A stretch of 64,000 nt of DNA, taken from the NCBI GenBank assembly GCA_963779065.1, contig CAVZWQ010000003.1:1675502-1739501 (forward strand), given 5' to 3'. Within the stretch, counting starts at the first letter, position 1; each line of letters opens with the position of its first letter. Below the pieces are notes generated by a model. It was not told the DNA's origin, ran no database searches, and saw only the letters and a program-made list of their open reading frames with translations. The position numbers and the translations under genes were made by a program. This document shows positions 42,679 to 54,493 of this stretch, piece after piece. This DNA is from an uncultured Solirubrobacteraceae bacterium. GTDB lineage: Bacteria; Actinomycetota; Thermoleophilia; Solirubrobacterales; Solirubrobacteraceae.

Positions 42679-43699
42679 ATGCAGGACACACCTCCCCGCA
42701 CCCCCAAGCTGCTGAGCCTCGTCGCGCCGGTCTACGACGAGGAGCTCCTGATCGAGGAGTTCGTCGCCCGCTCGACCGCCGCGCTCGCCGACTACGACTT
42801 CGAGCTGGTGCTGGTCGACGACGGCAGCAAAGACAGCACGTCCGCAGCTGCTCGACCAGATCGCTGCGGCCGATCCGCGCGTGCGCGTGATCCACCTCTC
42901 GCGGAACTTCGGCCACCAGGCGGCGCTCACCGCCGGCCTCGAGCACGCTGTCGGCGACGTGGTCGCGATGATCGACGCCGACCTGCAGGACCCGCCCGAG
43001 CTGATCCCGGACATGGTCGCCCAGTGGAGCCAGGGCGCAGACGTCGTCTACGCGGTCCGCAAGGAGCGCGAAGGCGAGACCGCCTTCAAGCTCGCCACCG
43101 CCTCGTGGTTCTACAAGCTGTTCGACAAGCTGGCCCAGGTCGAACTCGAGCCGAACTCCGGCGACTTCCGCCTGCTCGACCGCCGCGCGCTGAACGCCCT
43201 GCTCTCGATGACCGAGCGCTCGCGCTTCCTGCGCGGCATGACCGTCTGGATCGGCTTCAACCAGACCGCGATCTCCTACGAGCGCGACGCCCGCAACGCG
43301 GGCGAGACGAAGTACACGCTGCGCAAGATGCTGCGCTTCTCGCTCGACGCGATCGCCTCCTTCTCCCATCTGCCGCTGCAGCTCGCGACCTACGCCGGGC
43401 TCCTCTCCGCGGGACTCGCCTTCATCGCGATCCCGGTCGTGATCGGGCTGCGGATCGCCGACTCCTACCTTCCCGGCTTCGGCTCGATCACGATCGCGAT
43501 CCTGCTGCTGGGCGGGATCCAGCTGATCGCGATCGGCGTGATCGGCGAGTACGTCGGCCGTATCTACGACGAGATCAAGCACCGCCCGCTCTACATCGTG
43601 CGCGAGGAGATCAACCACCCCGCGTCCTCGGGCCGCGCCGCGGTGGTGCCTGTCGCGCGCGCCGGGCTCGGGGCCCGCACACCCGAGCGCGTCCCCTAG
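42679..43699 (+). CDS. GT2 glycosyltransferase (GtrB/DPM-synthase-like), frameshift near 42840
   Basis: VDDGSKD, SRNFGHQAA, DADLQDPP, GDFRL, two C-terminal TM helices, GEY.GRIY.E...RP.Y. Confidence 0.92.
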
Positions 43700-43801
43700 G
43701 CGCCCGATCGTCCTGATCGCGGGACCGTCGCCGGGGTCCCGGCGCGCGGGCCTGATGCGAGAACCGCGACACGGCGGGCGGCGGCGTGTTGTGATCCAGC
43801 G

Positions 43802-46125
43802 ATGCGCCTGCGCCCCCCTGCCGCCCCCGCTTCCGGGGAAGCCCTCGCGACGGCGCGCTCGGCGCTGCGCGAGACGGCCGGGCTCGTGCTGCTGGCGCTC
43901 CTGTCCCTGCTCACGACGAGCTGGCTCGTGCCGACCGACGCCCACGCCGGCGGCTGCCCCGGCGCCGCCGTGTGTCCCGTACGCGGGCGTCCAGCTGATC
44001 GGGCGACGCGCCGAAGGCGTGCTGCGCTTCCCCGAGGCCGTCGCGATCGGGCCCCAGGGCGACATCTACGTCGCAGACCAGCTCGGCTACGTGGTGCAGA
44101 AGTTCAGCCCGGCTGGGACGCTCGAGGCCCAGTGGGGCTCGTTCGGCGGAGGCCACGGCCAGTTCGGGCCGATCGGCGGCCTGGCGGTCGACGCCGCGGG
44201 AGCGGTCTACGTCGTGGACTCGAGCCACGACCGGATCGAGAAGTTCGGCCCGAACGGCGAATACGTCACGAGCTGGGGCAGGCACGGCTCCGAACCGGGC
44301 CAGTTCAGCTTCGGCTCCTCCCAGGATCCGACCAAGCCGCCGGGCGGGGGCATCGCCGTGACCGGCAACTACGTGTTCGTCGCCGACAGCGGCAACAACC
44401 GCATCGAGCGCTTCAACCTCCAGGGGCGGCGAACCGATGGCGTGGGGCACGAAGGGCAGCGGGCCCGGGCAGCTCAGCTACCCGCGCGGCCTCGCCGCCA
44501 ACGAACACGAGGTGGTGGTCGCCGACGACGACAACCACCGCGTCGAGGTGTTCACCACCGAAGGTGCCTACGTCGCGGAAGCCGGGTCGCAGGGAACGGG
44601 CCCGGGCCAGTTCGGCTTCCCCTACGGCGTCGCGCTCGACGCCGCGGGCGACGTCTACGTCGCCGACGACCTCAACCATCGGGTCGTGAAGCTCACGCCG
44701 CAGCTCACCTTCGCCGGGGCCTGGGGCGGCTTCGGCACGCAAACCCGGCCAGTTCGCGTTCCCGCGCGCGATCGCCAGCGACCCCGCGGGCGAAACCTAC
44801 GTCGCCGACACGGCCAACCACCGCGTTCAGGTGTTCGACCCGCTCGGCAACTACCTGCGCACGATCGGGCATCTCCTCGCGCGGGCCGGGCGAGCTGACC
44901 GCCCCCCGCGGAGTGGCCGTCGATCCGACGGGGCGCCTGCTGGTCTCCGACACCGACCAACGACCGGATCGAGCTGTTCCCGGCGCCCAGCTTCGCGTTC
45001 GCCGGCCAGTGGACCGCCGTCGGCGGCGTGTCCGCGAGCTTCTACCGGCCCACCGGGATCGGGGTCGACCCGGCGGGCTCCGTCTACGTCGACAGACCGC
45101 GGCTACGGGCGCCTGCTGCAGCTCTGGGGCGACGGCACATGGCTCTCGGAAACCGGCGGCCCGGCCGCGCCGCGGCGGCGTCCAGCTCAGCGGCAACGAC
45201 GCCGTCGCTGTCTCCCCCGCCTGCCCACCAGACCTTCGTCGCCGACGCCGGGCACAACCGCATCCTCGTGTTCGGGCCCGAAGGCACGCTGCTCGCCCGC
45301 TGGGGCGCGGGCGGAGGCGGCGGCGCGGCGGGAAGCGCGCCGGGGTCGTTCAACCGCCCGGAAGGCGTCGCCGTCGAGCCCGACGGCAACGTCTACGTCG
45401 CCGACACCGGCAACAACCGCATCGTGAAGCTCTCCCCGGCGGGCGCCGTGCTCGGCGGATGGGGCGCAGCCGGGCGGCGAAGACGGCAGCTTCCACTCGC
45501 CCGACGGGATCGGCTTCGACGCGCCGGGAACCTCTACGTCGTCGACGCGAACAACAACCGCGTCGAGGTATTCGACATCAGCGGGCGCTGGCTGGGCGGC
45601 TGGGGCAGCCGCGGCGCCGCGGCCGGGCCAGTTCTCCCAGCCGACCGCGCTTGCCGTCGGCTGCGAAGGCGACGTGTACGTCGCGGACACGAACAACAAC
45701 CGCGTCGCAGCGCTTCGAACCGGTGCACCCCGCGGGCAGCGGCTGCGTACCCGCCGCGGCATGGCCGCCGCCGCTCGACGTCGCGCCGGTGCTGACCGTG
45801 AAGCTGCTGCGCTCGAGCGGGGTGCTCGCCCGGCGCGCCGTGGCCATGACGGTCGCCTGCCAGCGCGGGCTGCAAGGTGCTCGTCACCGGCACGCTCGAG
45901 CCCGGCGGCCGCGCCCGGCGCGCCGTTCGGCTGCAGGCGGTCGCGCGCGGCCTGCAGGCCGCGCGCAACGGGCACGTGCGGCTGCGCGTCACCGCAGGGG
46001 CGCTGGCGCGGCTGCGCTCGGCGCTCGGCGCTCGGCGCGCGATGCGGGCGCGCGTCACGATCGTCGCGGTGGGCCCGACGGGGCGCCGCACGACGGTGCA
46101 TCGGACCTACCTCGTGACCCGCTGA
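43802..46125 (+). CDS. Secreted NHL-repeat protein, multiply frameshifted
   Basis: About 12 G.F..P.GVA.D..G.VYVAD..N.R repeats; basic C-terminal domain. Confidence 0.87.
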
Positions 46126-46150
46126 GGCGCAAGGCCCGATAATGGCGGGG

Positions 46151-46421
46151 ATGGCCGAGCAGAGCCAGCAACGTCGAACAGCGCCAGGAGCGCGTGCGCA
46201 TCGAGACCGAGCGCCACCGCATCGAGGGCGTGCTGACGCTCGCGCGCGACGGTTACCGCAGCCGGGTCTCGGACGTGCTGAACGCCGCCGAGCGCGAGTT
46301 CATCACGCTCACCGAGGTGACGGTCGCGCCGCTCGAGGGCGGCCCGGTGGAGCTCCACGCCTACATGTCGCTCGCGCGCCGCCACATCGTCTTCGCGGTC
46401 GCAGCCCCCGATCAGGCCTGA
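46151..46421 (+). CDS. Small conserved hypothetical protein (DUF6812-like)
   Basis: ET..HRIEG...R.R.SD.LN....FI.LT pattern; GATAAT -10 box; frameshift near 46170. Confidence 0.65.
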
Positions 46422-46441
46422 GGCCGGCACGGAGCGCCGGC
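46420..46441 (-). repeat. REP-like repeat, single copy
   Basis: gaggccggcacggagcgccggc, overlapping a stop codon. Confidence 0.85.
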
Positions 46442-46476
46442 TCCGGCTTCCGCCTTCTGCAAGGATTACGCGCCTT

Positions 46477-48079
46477 ATGGCCACCGTGCGGGAGGCCGCC
46501 CTGGATCTCTTCAGGGCGCACGAGATGACGACGATCTTCGGCAACCCGGGATCGACCGAGCTGCCGATGCTCGCCGAGCTGCCCTCGGATTTCCGCTACG
46601 TGCTCGGGCTGCAGGAGCTGGCCGTCGTCGGGATGGCCGACGGCTACGCGCAGGCCACGGGCCGCGTCACCCACGTCAACCTGCACACGGCGCCCGGCGT
46701 CGGCAACGCCGTCGGCGGGATCTTCAACGCGCAGTCGAACAAGTCGCCCCTGCTCGTCACCGCCGGCCAGCAGGTGCGGGCCCAGATCACGATGGAGGCG
46801 AACCTGACCAACCGCGAACCGACCTACGGCCCGCAGCCGTACGTGAAGTGGAGCCACGAGCCGCCGCGCGCGCAGGACGTGCCGGCGGCGCTCGCCCGCG
46901 CGATCCACCACGCCTCGCTGCCGCCGCGCGGCCCCGCGTTCGTCTCGATCCCGATGGACGACTGGAGCCAGGAGGCGGACGCCGCGACGCTCAGGCACAC
47001 GCTCGCGCGCCGCGTCGACGGCCGCGCCGTGCCCGACCCGGCCCGGATCGCGCAGCTGGCGGGCCGGATCGCGGCGGCGCGCAGGCCCGTCATGGTCGCC
47101 GGCCCCGACATCGAAGCCGCCGGCGGCTGGGACGACGCGGTGGCGCTGGCCGAGCGCCAGCGGATGGCGGTGCTCGCCACGCCCGCGACGGGAGGCGGGC
47201 GGCTCGGGTTCCCGGAGAACCACCCGAACTTCCAAGGGCTGCTCGCGCCCGCGATCGGCCCCGCCGGGATGCAGCTCGCGGAGTACGACCTCGTGCTCGT
47301 CGTCGGCTCCTCGGTCTTCCCCTACTACCCCTACATCCCGGGCGCGCTGCTCGCCGAGGGCACGCAGCTCGTGCAGATCACCTCCGACCCCGCCGAGGCC
47401 GCGCGTGCGCCGATGGGCGAGGCGATCGTCGGCCGACGTCGCGCTCGCGCTGCGCGCGCTGAACGATGCGCTCGGCGAGTCCGAGCGCGAGCAGCCGCCG
47501 GCGCGCCCCGAGCCCGGCCCTCCCGCGGAGGCCGAGCCGCTCAGCGGCTCGCAGGCGATGCAGGCGCTCGCCGTCGCCTGGCCCGAGGACGGCATCGCCG
47601 TCGTCGAGACGCCTTCGAGCACCGCCGCGCTGCGCAACCGCCTGCGGCTGTCAAAGCCCGGCAGCTACTACTTCTCGTCCAGCGGCGGCCTCGGCTTCGG
47701 GATCTCGGCCGCCGTCGGCGTGCAGCTCGCCGAGCCTTCGCGCCCGGTCGTGTGCGTGCTCGGCGAGGGGTCCGCGCAGTACGGCATCACGGCGCTCTGG
47801 ACGGCGGTGGCGTACAAGCTCCCCGTCACGTTCCTGGTGCTGCGCAACGAGGAGTACATGATCCTCAAGTGGTTCGCCGAATTCGAGCAGGAGCAGGGGC
47901 TGCCCGGGCTCGACCTGCCCGGCCTCGACGTCGCCGCCGTCGCGAGCGGCTACGGCGTGCCCTCGCGTGAGGTCGAGGGCGCCGAGGAGCTGATCGACGC
48001 GCTCACGGTCGCGATCGCCGCCGAGGACGGCCCCCGGCTCGTGCAGGTCCGTTGCGCCAGCGGCATGTGGCTGGAGTAG
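46477..48079 (+). CDS. mdlC: Benzoylformate decarboxylase (ThDP-dependent), frameshift near 47430
   Basis: FGNPGSTELP, LGLQE, NLH...G.GNA, VSIP.DDW, GGLGFG, GEGSAQY...N ThDP motif, PGLDLPG. Confidence 0.9.
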
Positions 48080-48081
48080 GC

Positions 48082-51076
48082 GTGGCGACGGCGTACCCCA
48101 TGACGGGGCACCCCCCATCACGGGGGGCAGGCAGGCAGGCCGGCATCGCGCGGATCGCGCCCGAGCCGCCGGGCGACTGGCCGGTGCCGCGGCCCGCGCC
48201 CGACGCCGCCCCGGACTGGGTCGCCGCCGGCACCCCGCCCGAGCTGGCCGGCGCTCTGAGCGCCGCCCTCGGCGACGGCGGGCTCGCCGGCCGTGCATCC
48301 GATCTGATCCGCTATGCCTCGGATGCGAGCTGCTACCGCTCGATCCCGCGCGCGGTGGCCGTCCCGCGCGACATCGGGGAGGTCGCCGCGGTGATGGCCG
48401 TCGCGAGGAGAACCGGCACGCCGCTCGTCTTCCGCGCGGGAGGCACGAGCCTCAACGGCCAGTCCCAGACCGACGGCATCCTCGCTGGACTGCCGCCGGC
48501 ACTTCAAAGCGGTGACGGTCGAGGAGGACGGCGGCGCGGTGCGCGTCCAGCCGGGCGCCGTGCTCGGGCGCGTCAACCGGCGGCTCGCGCGGCACGGGCG
48601 CCGTGTCGGCCCCGATCCGGCCAGCACCGAGATCGCGTGCCTCGGCGGCGTGCTCGCCAACAACTCCGGCGGGATGCGCTGCGGCGTGCACGCCGACTCC
48701 TACCGCACGCTGCGCTCGCTGACCTTCGCGCTCGCCGACGGCACCGTGATCGACACCGCCGCGCCGGGCGCGGCAGAGCGGTTCGCGGCCTCCGCGCCCG
48801 AGCTCGCCGCCGGGCTCGCGCGAGATCCGCGACGAGCTGCGCGCGCGACCGCGAGCTGGCCGGACGAGTCGCGCGCAAGTTCGAGATCAAGAACACGACC
48901 GGCTATCGCCTGTGCGCGTTCCTCGACTACGACGAGCCGCTCGAGATCTTCGCCCACCTCCTGATCGGCTCGGAGGGCACGCTCGCGTTCATCGGCGAGG
49001 CCGTGATGGACACCGTGCCGCTCGGACGCCACACGACGCTCTCGCTCTCGCTTCTTCGAGGACATCGACACCGCGGTCGACGCGGTGCCGGAGCTCGTCG
49101 CGAGCGGCGCGAGCGCGACCGAGCTGATGGTCGCCCCGACGCTGATCGCCGCCGCCTGGAACATGCCCGGGACGCCCGAGCGCTGGAAGGAGCTGCCGCC
49201 CACCTCGGCCGCGCTGCTGGTCGAGTTCCGCGCCGAGGAGGCGGACGAGCTGGACGCGCTGGAGCGCGCCGCCGTCGAGATCCTCGCGGCGCGCAACCCG
49301 ATCGATCCGGCCGCGGTTCAGCCGGGATCGCGTCGAGGTCGCGATGCTCTGGCACGTGCGCGAGGGCATGCAGGGCCTGCTCGCCGCCGTGCGCGGCCCC
49401 GGCGTGACGATGATCATCGAGGACGTGTGCGTGCCGCCGGCCCGTGTCGGCGAGGCCGCCAAAGACCTGCAGGAGCTGCTCGGGCGCCACGGCTTCCTGC
49501 AGGGCGTCGCCGGTCACGCCTCGGCGGGCAACCTGCACTTCCTGCTCACGCCGAACTTCGGCGCGCAGGAGGACCTCGACCGCTACGAGGCGTTCATGGG
49601 CGAGCTCGTCGAGCTGATCGTGGACCGCTACGACGGCTCGCTGAAGGCCGAGCACGGCACCGGCGTGAACATGGCGCACTACGTCGAGCGCGAGTGGGGC
49701 CCGAAGGCGACCGAGCTGATGTGGCGCGTGAAGCGGCTCGCCGACCCGGACGGGGTCCTGGGGCCCGGGATCGTGCTGACCACCGATGAGGGCGCGCACC
49801 TGCGCAACCTCAAGTCGGCGCCGCGGATCGAGGACGTGGCCAACCAGTGCATCGAGTGCGGCTTCTGCGAGCCCGTCTGCCCGAGCCGCGACCTGACGAC
49901 GACGCCCCGCCAGCGGATCGTGCTGCGCCGCGAGATGGCGCGCCAGCCGGAGGGCTCGCCCGTGCTCGCGGCGCTGCTGGAGCGAGTACGGCTACGACGG
50001 CATCGAGACCTGCGCCGCCGACGGGCTCTGCAGCCTGCAGTGCCCGGTCGGCATCGACACCGGCAAGCTCGTCAAGGCGCTGCGCGCCCGGCGTCACAGC
50101 GCCGGCGCGGAACGGGCCGCGCTGGAGGCGGCGCGGCGCTGGGGCACCGTCGAACGCTCGGCCCGCGCCGCGCTGCGCGCCGGCAGGACGCTCGGCGACG
50201 GTCCGGCGGCCGCGCTCACGGGGATCGCGCGGACCGCCGTCTCGCACGAGCTCCTCCCGGCCTGGGGGGAGTCGCTGCCCGACCCGGCGCCCGCCCCGCC
50301 GTGGACGGCGCGCGAGGGCGCCGCCGCCGTGTACTTCCCCGCCTGCGTGAACCGCATCTTCGGCAACCCCCGCGGCTACGCCGCACGCCCGTCGCTGCCG
50401 GAGGCTCTGCTCACGGTCTCCGCGCGGGCCGGGCGCCCGCTGTGGATCCCGCCGGACGTCGCCGGCCGCTGCTGCGGCACGCCGTGGAGCTCGAAGGGCT
50501 TCGAGGCCGGCCACGCCGAGATGGCGCGCGCGACCGCCGCCGCCGTGCTCGCGTGGACCGAGGGCGGGCGCCTGCCGCTCGTCGTCGACGCGAGCTCCTG
50601 CACGCTCGGGCTGCTCGCGGAGGTCCCCGAGCGGCTCGACGACGTGCTGCGCGAGGAGTACGGCCGGGTCAGGATCGTCGACTCGATCTCGTGGGTCCAC
50701 GACGAGCTGCTTGGCGCGCTGCGGACCGGCCGCGAAGCTCGACAGCGTCGCGGTGCACCCGCCGTGCGCAGCCAGCCACCTCGGGATCGCCGAGGAGCTG
50801 ACGGCGGTCGCCGGCGCGCTCGCCGAGCGCGTCGTCGCGCCGGCCGGGCCGAGCTGCTGCGGCACCGCCGGGGACCGCGGTCTGCTGCATCCCGAGCTGC
50901 CCGAGGCCTCGGCGCGCTCGGAGCGGATCGAACGGGGCGAGGAGTCCGCCGGCGCGCACCTGTGCAGCAACCGCACGTGCGAGATCGGCCTGACGGCCGC
51001 GACCGGCCACGAGCACGGCTCGTTCGTGCTGCTGCTCGAGGAGCTGACACGGCCGGGAGCCGGCCGCGCGCAATAG
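48082..51076 (+). CDS. FAD-binding and Fe-S-binding oxidoreductase (D-2-hydroxyacid/D-lactate dehydrogenase type), frameshifted
   Basis: FRAGGTSL.GQ, GPDPAS, ANNSGGM.CG, KNTTGY, GNLHF, LKAEHGTG, CIECGFCE.VCP, CCG motifs, NRTCE. Confidence 0.92.
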
Positions 51077-51127
51077 GATCGGGCCTCGAAAGCGCTAACG
51101 CCCGCGGGCGATGAGGAGGGAGTGCAG

Positions 51128-52138
51128 ATGAGTGAGCAGAACCGGCGCCTGGTCCTGGCCGAGCGTCCCTCCGGGATGGTCGACGAGAGCACGACGCGCC
51201 TGGAGCACGTCGAGCTCGAGCCGCTGAAGGACGGCGAGGCGCTCGTGAAGGTGCGCTACGTCTCGATCGACCCCACGATCCGAACCTGGATGGACGACGC
51301 CCCCGGCTACCTGCCCCCGATCCAGGATCGACGACGTGATCCGCGCAGGCGGGATCGGCGAGGTCGTCGAGAGCCGCTCCGACGCCTACCCGGTCGGGCA
51401 GATGCTGTTCGGGATGACGGGCTGGCAGGACTACGTGATCGCCGACAGCGCCGAGCGCGCGATGCAGGCGATCCCCGACGGCGTCCCGCCGACGATCGCG
51501 CTCGGCATCCTCGGGCTGACCGGCGTCACCGCCTACTTCGGGATGATCGACGTCGGCGGCGTCAAGGAGGGCGACGTCGTGGTCGTCTCCGGGGCCGCCG
51601 GCGCGACCGGCTCGACGGCGGGCCAGATCGCGAAGATCAAGGGCGCGAAGAAGGTCGTCGGCATCGCCGGCGGGCCGGAGAAGTGCGCGTACATCGTCGA
51701 GGAGCTGGGCTTCGACGAGGCGATCGACTACAAGAACGAGAAGGTCGCGGCGCGCCTGCACGAAGCCTGCCCCGACGGGATCGACCTGTACTTCGACAAC
51801 GTCGGCGGCTCGATCCTCAACGACTGCCTGGGCAACCTCGCGATGCGCGGCCGCGTCGTGCTGTGCGGGGCGATCTCGGGCTACAACGAGGACGGCCCGC
51901 CCCCCGGCCCGTCGAACTACATCAACCTGCTGATCAGGCGCGGGCGCATGGAAGGCTTCATCGTGCTCGACTTCTTCCCGCGGCTCGCGCGAGGCCCAGG
52001 GGGCCCTCGCCGGATGGCTCGGCGAAGGGCAGCCTGAAGTCCTCCGAGCACATCGTCGAGGGCCTCGAGCGCTGCCCCGACGCGCTGAACCTGCTGTTCA
52101 CCGGCGGGAACACCGGCAAGGTGATGGTGAAGGTCTAG
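51128..52138 (+). CDS. NADP-dependent oxidoreductase (prostaglandin reductase/alkenal reductase family), frameshifted
   Basis: SIDP..R.WM, TAYFG, VSGAAGATG, YFDNVGG, CGAISGYN, GNTGK. Confidence 0.92.
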   Translation: MSEQNRRLVLAERPSGMVDESTTRLEHVELEPLKDGEALVKVRYVSIDPTIRTWMDDAPGYLPPIQDRRRDPRRRDRRGRREPLRRLPGRADAVRDDGLAGLRDRRQRRARDAGDPRRRPADDRARHPRADRRHRLLRDDRRRRRQGGRRRGRLRGRRRDRLDGGPDREDQGREEGRRHRRRAGEVRVHRRGAGLRRGDRLQEREGRGAPARSLPRRDRPVLRQRRRLDPQRLPGQPRDARPRRAVRGDLGLQRGRPAPRPVELHQPADQARAHGRLHRARLLPAARARPRGPSPDGSAKGSLKSSEHIVEGLERCPDALNLLFTGGNTGKVMVKV

Positions 52139-52143
52139 CGGCG

Positions 52144-52587
52144 CTAGAGCGACGGCGTCGGCGCGCCGGCGAGCAGGAAGAACCAGAGCAGGAAGCAGAT
52201 CACCGCCAGGTAGACGCTGACCATCACGACGCGCTCGAGCGGCGTGATCCCGGCGCCGTAGCCGGGCTGCTCGATGCCCTCGTCGCCGCTCATGCCGCGC
52301 AGCCAGGGCAGGCGGCGTTCGCCCGGGTCGCGGCCGGAGAGGCGGTCGTATTCGGCGCTCAGCCAGGCGAGCGCCATCGACATCGAGAAGACGAGCACGG
52401 CCAGCACGACCACGACGACGATCACGGCCTCCATGCTCAGCGTCGTCTTGCCGACGATCTGCGAGCCGACCCAAAGCGCGAGGAGCGGCGCCCCCGTCCA
52501 GAGGTTGATCGCCAGGAACGCGGTCGCGGCGACCATCGCGGTGCGCTTGGCCAGCAGAAAGCGCGTCTGCGGGCGCGGCGCGCTCAT
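52144..52587 (-). CDS. Hypothetical membrane protein
   Basis: Three to four TM segments; ATGA overlap with the upstream GNAT gene. Confidence 0.7.
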   Translation of the reverse strand: MSAPRPQTRFLLAKRTAMVAATAFLAINLWTGAPLLALWVGSQIVGKTTLSMEAVIVVVVVLAVLVFSMSMALAWLSAEYDRLSGRDPGERRLPWLRGMSGDEGIEQPGYGAGITPLERVVMVSVYLAVICFLLWFFLLAGAPTPSL

Positions 52588-53348
52588 GGCAGCCACGTGA
52601 GCTCCATCGTCCGGCACACCGGCCGGAAGCCGAGGCGCTCGTAGAGGCGCTTCGGGCGATCCTCGTCGTCGGCGATGATCCACAGGTCTCCGACGCCGGC
52701 GGCGGAGCGGATCGCCGCCCGCGTCATCGCCGTGCCGCGCCCGCCGCCGCGGTGCTCAGGATGAACGTAGACCTGGGAGATCTCGGCCTGGTCGCCGGAG
52801 CGCTCGATCTGGGCGAACGCGATCGGCTCATCGCCGTCACGGACGATCAGCACGCGCACGTCGCGCGCCTCGGCGACTTCCTGCGCGCCGGCGCGGAACG
52901 ACTCGTCGTAGGCGTAGCCCTCGTAGTCCTCCATGTGCCATGCGAGCCGCAGCGCGTCGGCAGCCTCGTAGGGCACCTCGTCGACCTCGAATCCCTCGCC
53001 CGCGTCGACCGCGCCCGGGTCGGCGTGGTGCATCCAGACCAGGGCCGTCGCTTTCCAGCCCATCCGTTCGAAGTCGGCGCGCCGGGCCAGCGCCGGCTCG
53101 ATCTGCTCGAAGTCGATGCGACGGTGCTGCAGGCCGGCGAGCGCTGTGTCGGCGACGGCCGCCAGCGCCGCGGCGTCGAGCACCGGCTCCTCCTCGACGC
53201 GCACCAGGTTGAAGCTGTAGTAGGTGGGGTGGCGGCTCGCGCGCAGGACCGTTCCGTGCGCCCATGGCTCGCGCAGGTCGCAGATCGTCTCCTGCTGCGC
53301 GCGCCAGAACTCGCGCGCCCGCTCTGCCAGCCCGCTCTCCTCAGACAT
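52584..53348 (-). CDS. GNAT family N-acetyltransferase
   Basis: VYVHPEHRGGGRG, LYERLGF; TAACCT -10 box. Confidence 0.88.
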   Translation of the reverse strand: MSEESGLAERAREFWRAQQETICDLREPWAHGTVLRASRHPTYYSFNLVRVEEEPVLDAAALAAVADTALAGLQHRRIDFEQIEPALARRADFERMGWKATALVWMHHADPGAVDAGEGFEVDEVPYEAADALRLAWHMEDYEGYAYDESFRAGAQEVAEARDVRVLIVRDGDEPIAFAQIERSGDQAEISQVYVHPEHRGGGRGTAMTRAAIRSAAGVGDLWIIADDEDRPKRLYERLGFRPVCRTMELTWLP

Positions 53349-53439
53349 GACGAGAAGGTTACGGGCCGTCGCGCGCCGACCGGTCGGTGCCGAGCCGGGC
53401 CGGGACCGCCGGCCCGCCGCGGCTAGCATTGGCGGCGCC

Positions 53440-54493
53440 GTGACCTTCATCGCGAGGCTCGCACCCACCTCCTACGTCCCCGCCGAGGACCGCTACGAGT
53501 CGATGCCCTACCGGCGCTGCGGGCGCAGCGGCCTGAGGCTGCCCGCGATCTCGCTCGGCCTGTGGCAGAACTTCGGCGACGACCGGCCGCTCGAGCGCAG
53601 CCGGGCGATCCTGCGGCGGGCCTTCGACCTCGGCATCACCCACTTCGACCTGGCCAACAACTACGGCCCGCCGTACGGCAGCGCCGAGAAGAACTTCGGC
53701 CGCATCCTCGCCGAGGACTTCGCCGGCCTGCGCGAGGAGCTGGTCATCTCGACCAAGGCCGGCTACGACATGTGGCCCGGCCCCTACGGCGAGTGGGGCT
53801 CGCGCAAGTACCTGCTCGGCAGCCTCGAACAGAGCCTGCGCCGGATGGGCCTCGACCACGTCGACATCTTCTACTCGCACCGCTACGACCCGGACACCCC
53901 GCTGCGGAGAGACGATGGACGCGCTCGATGAGGCGCGGCGCCGCGGGCTGACGCGCTATGTCGGCATCTCCTCCTACGGGCCCGAGCGCACCGCCGAGGC
54001 GGCCGAGATCCTGAGCGCGCTGGGGACGCCTCTGCTGATCCACCAGCCCTCGTACTCGATGCTGAACCGCTGGATCGAGGACGGACTGCTCGACGTGCTC
54101 GGCCGCGAGGGCGTCGGCGCGATCGTGTTCTCGCCTCTGGCCCAGGGCCTGCTGACCGATCGCTACCTGCACGGCATCCCCGAGGACTCGCGCGTCCGCG
54201 CCGGCAACCACTTCTCCGAGCAGATGCTGAGCGACGAGAACCTCGCGCGGGTGCGGGCGCTCGCCGAGATCGCCGCCGGACGCGGGCAGACGCTCGCCCA
54301 GCTCGCGATCGCGTGGGCGCTGCGCGACCCGCGCGTGACCTCGGCCCTGCTGGGAGCCAGCAGCGTGGAGCAGCTCGAGCAGAACGTCGCCGCGCTGGAT
54401 CGCCTCGATTTCAGCGCCGAGGAACTCGAGGCGATAGACCGCCATGCGGGCGAGGGCGGCGTCAACCTCTGGGCGGCCTCGAGCGAGGAGTAG
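53440..54493 (+). CDS. mgrA: Aldo/keto reductase, L-glyceraldehyde 3-phosphate reductase type, frameshift near 53905
   Basis: SLGLWQNFG, FDLANNYGPPYGSAE, STKAGYDMW, IHQPSYS, FSPLAQG. Confidence 0.92.
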
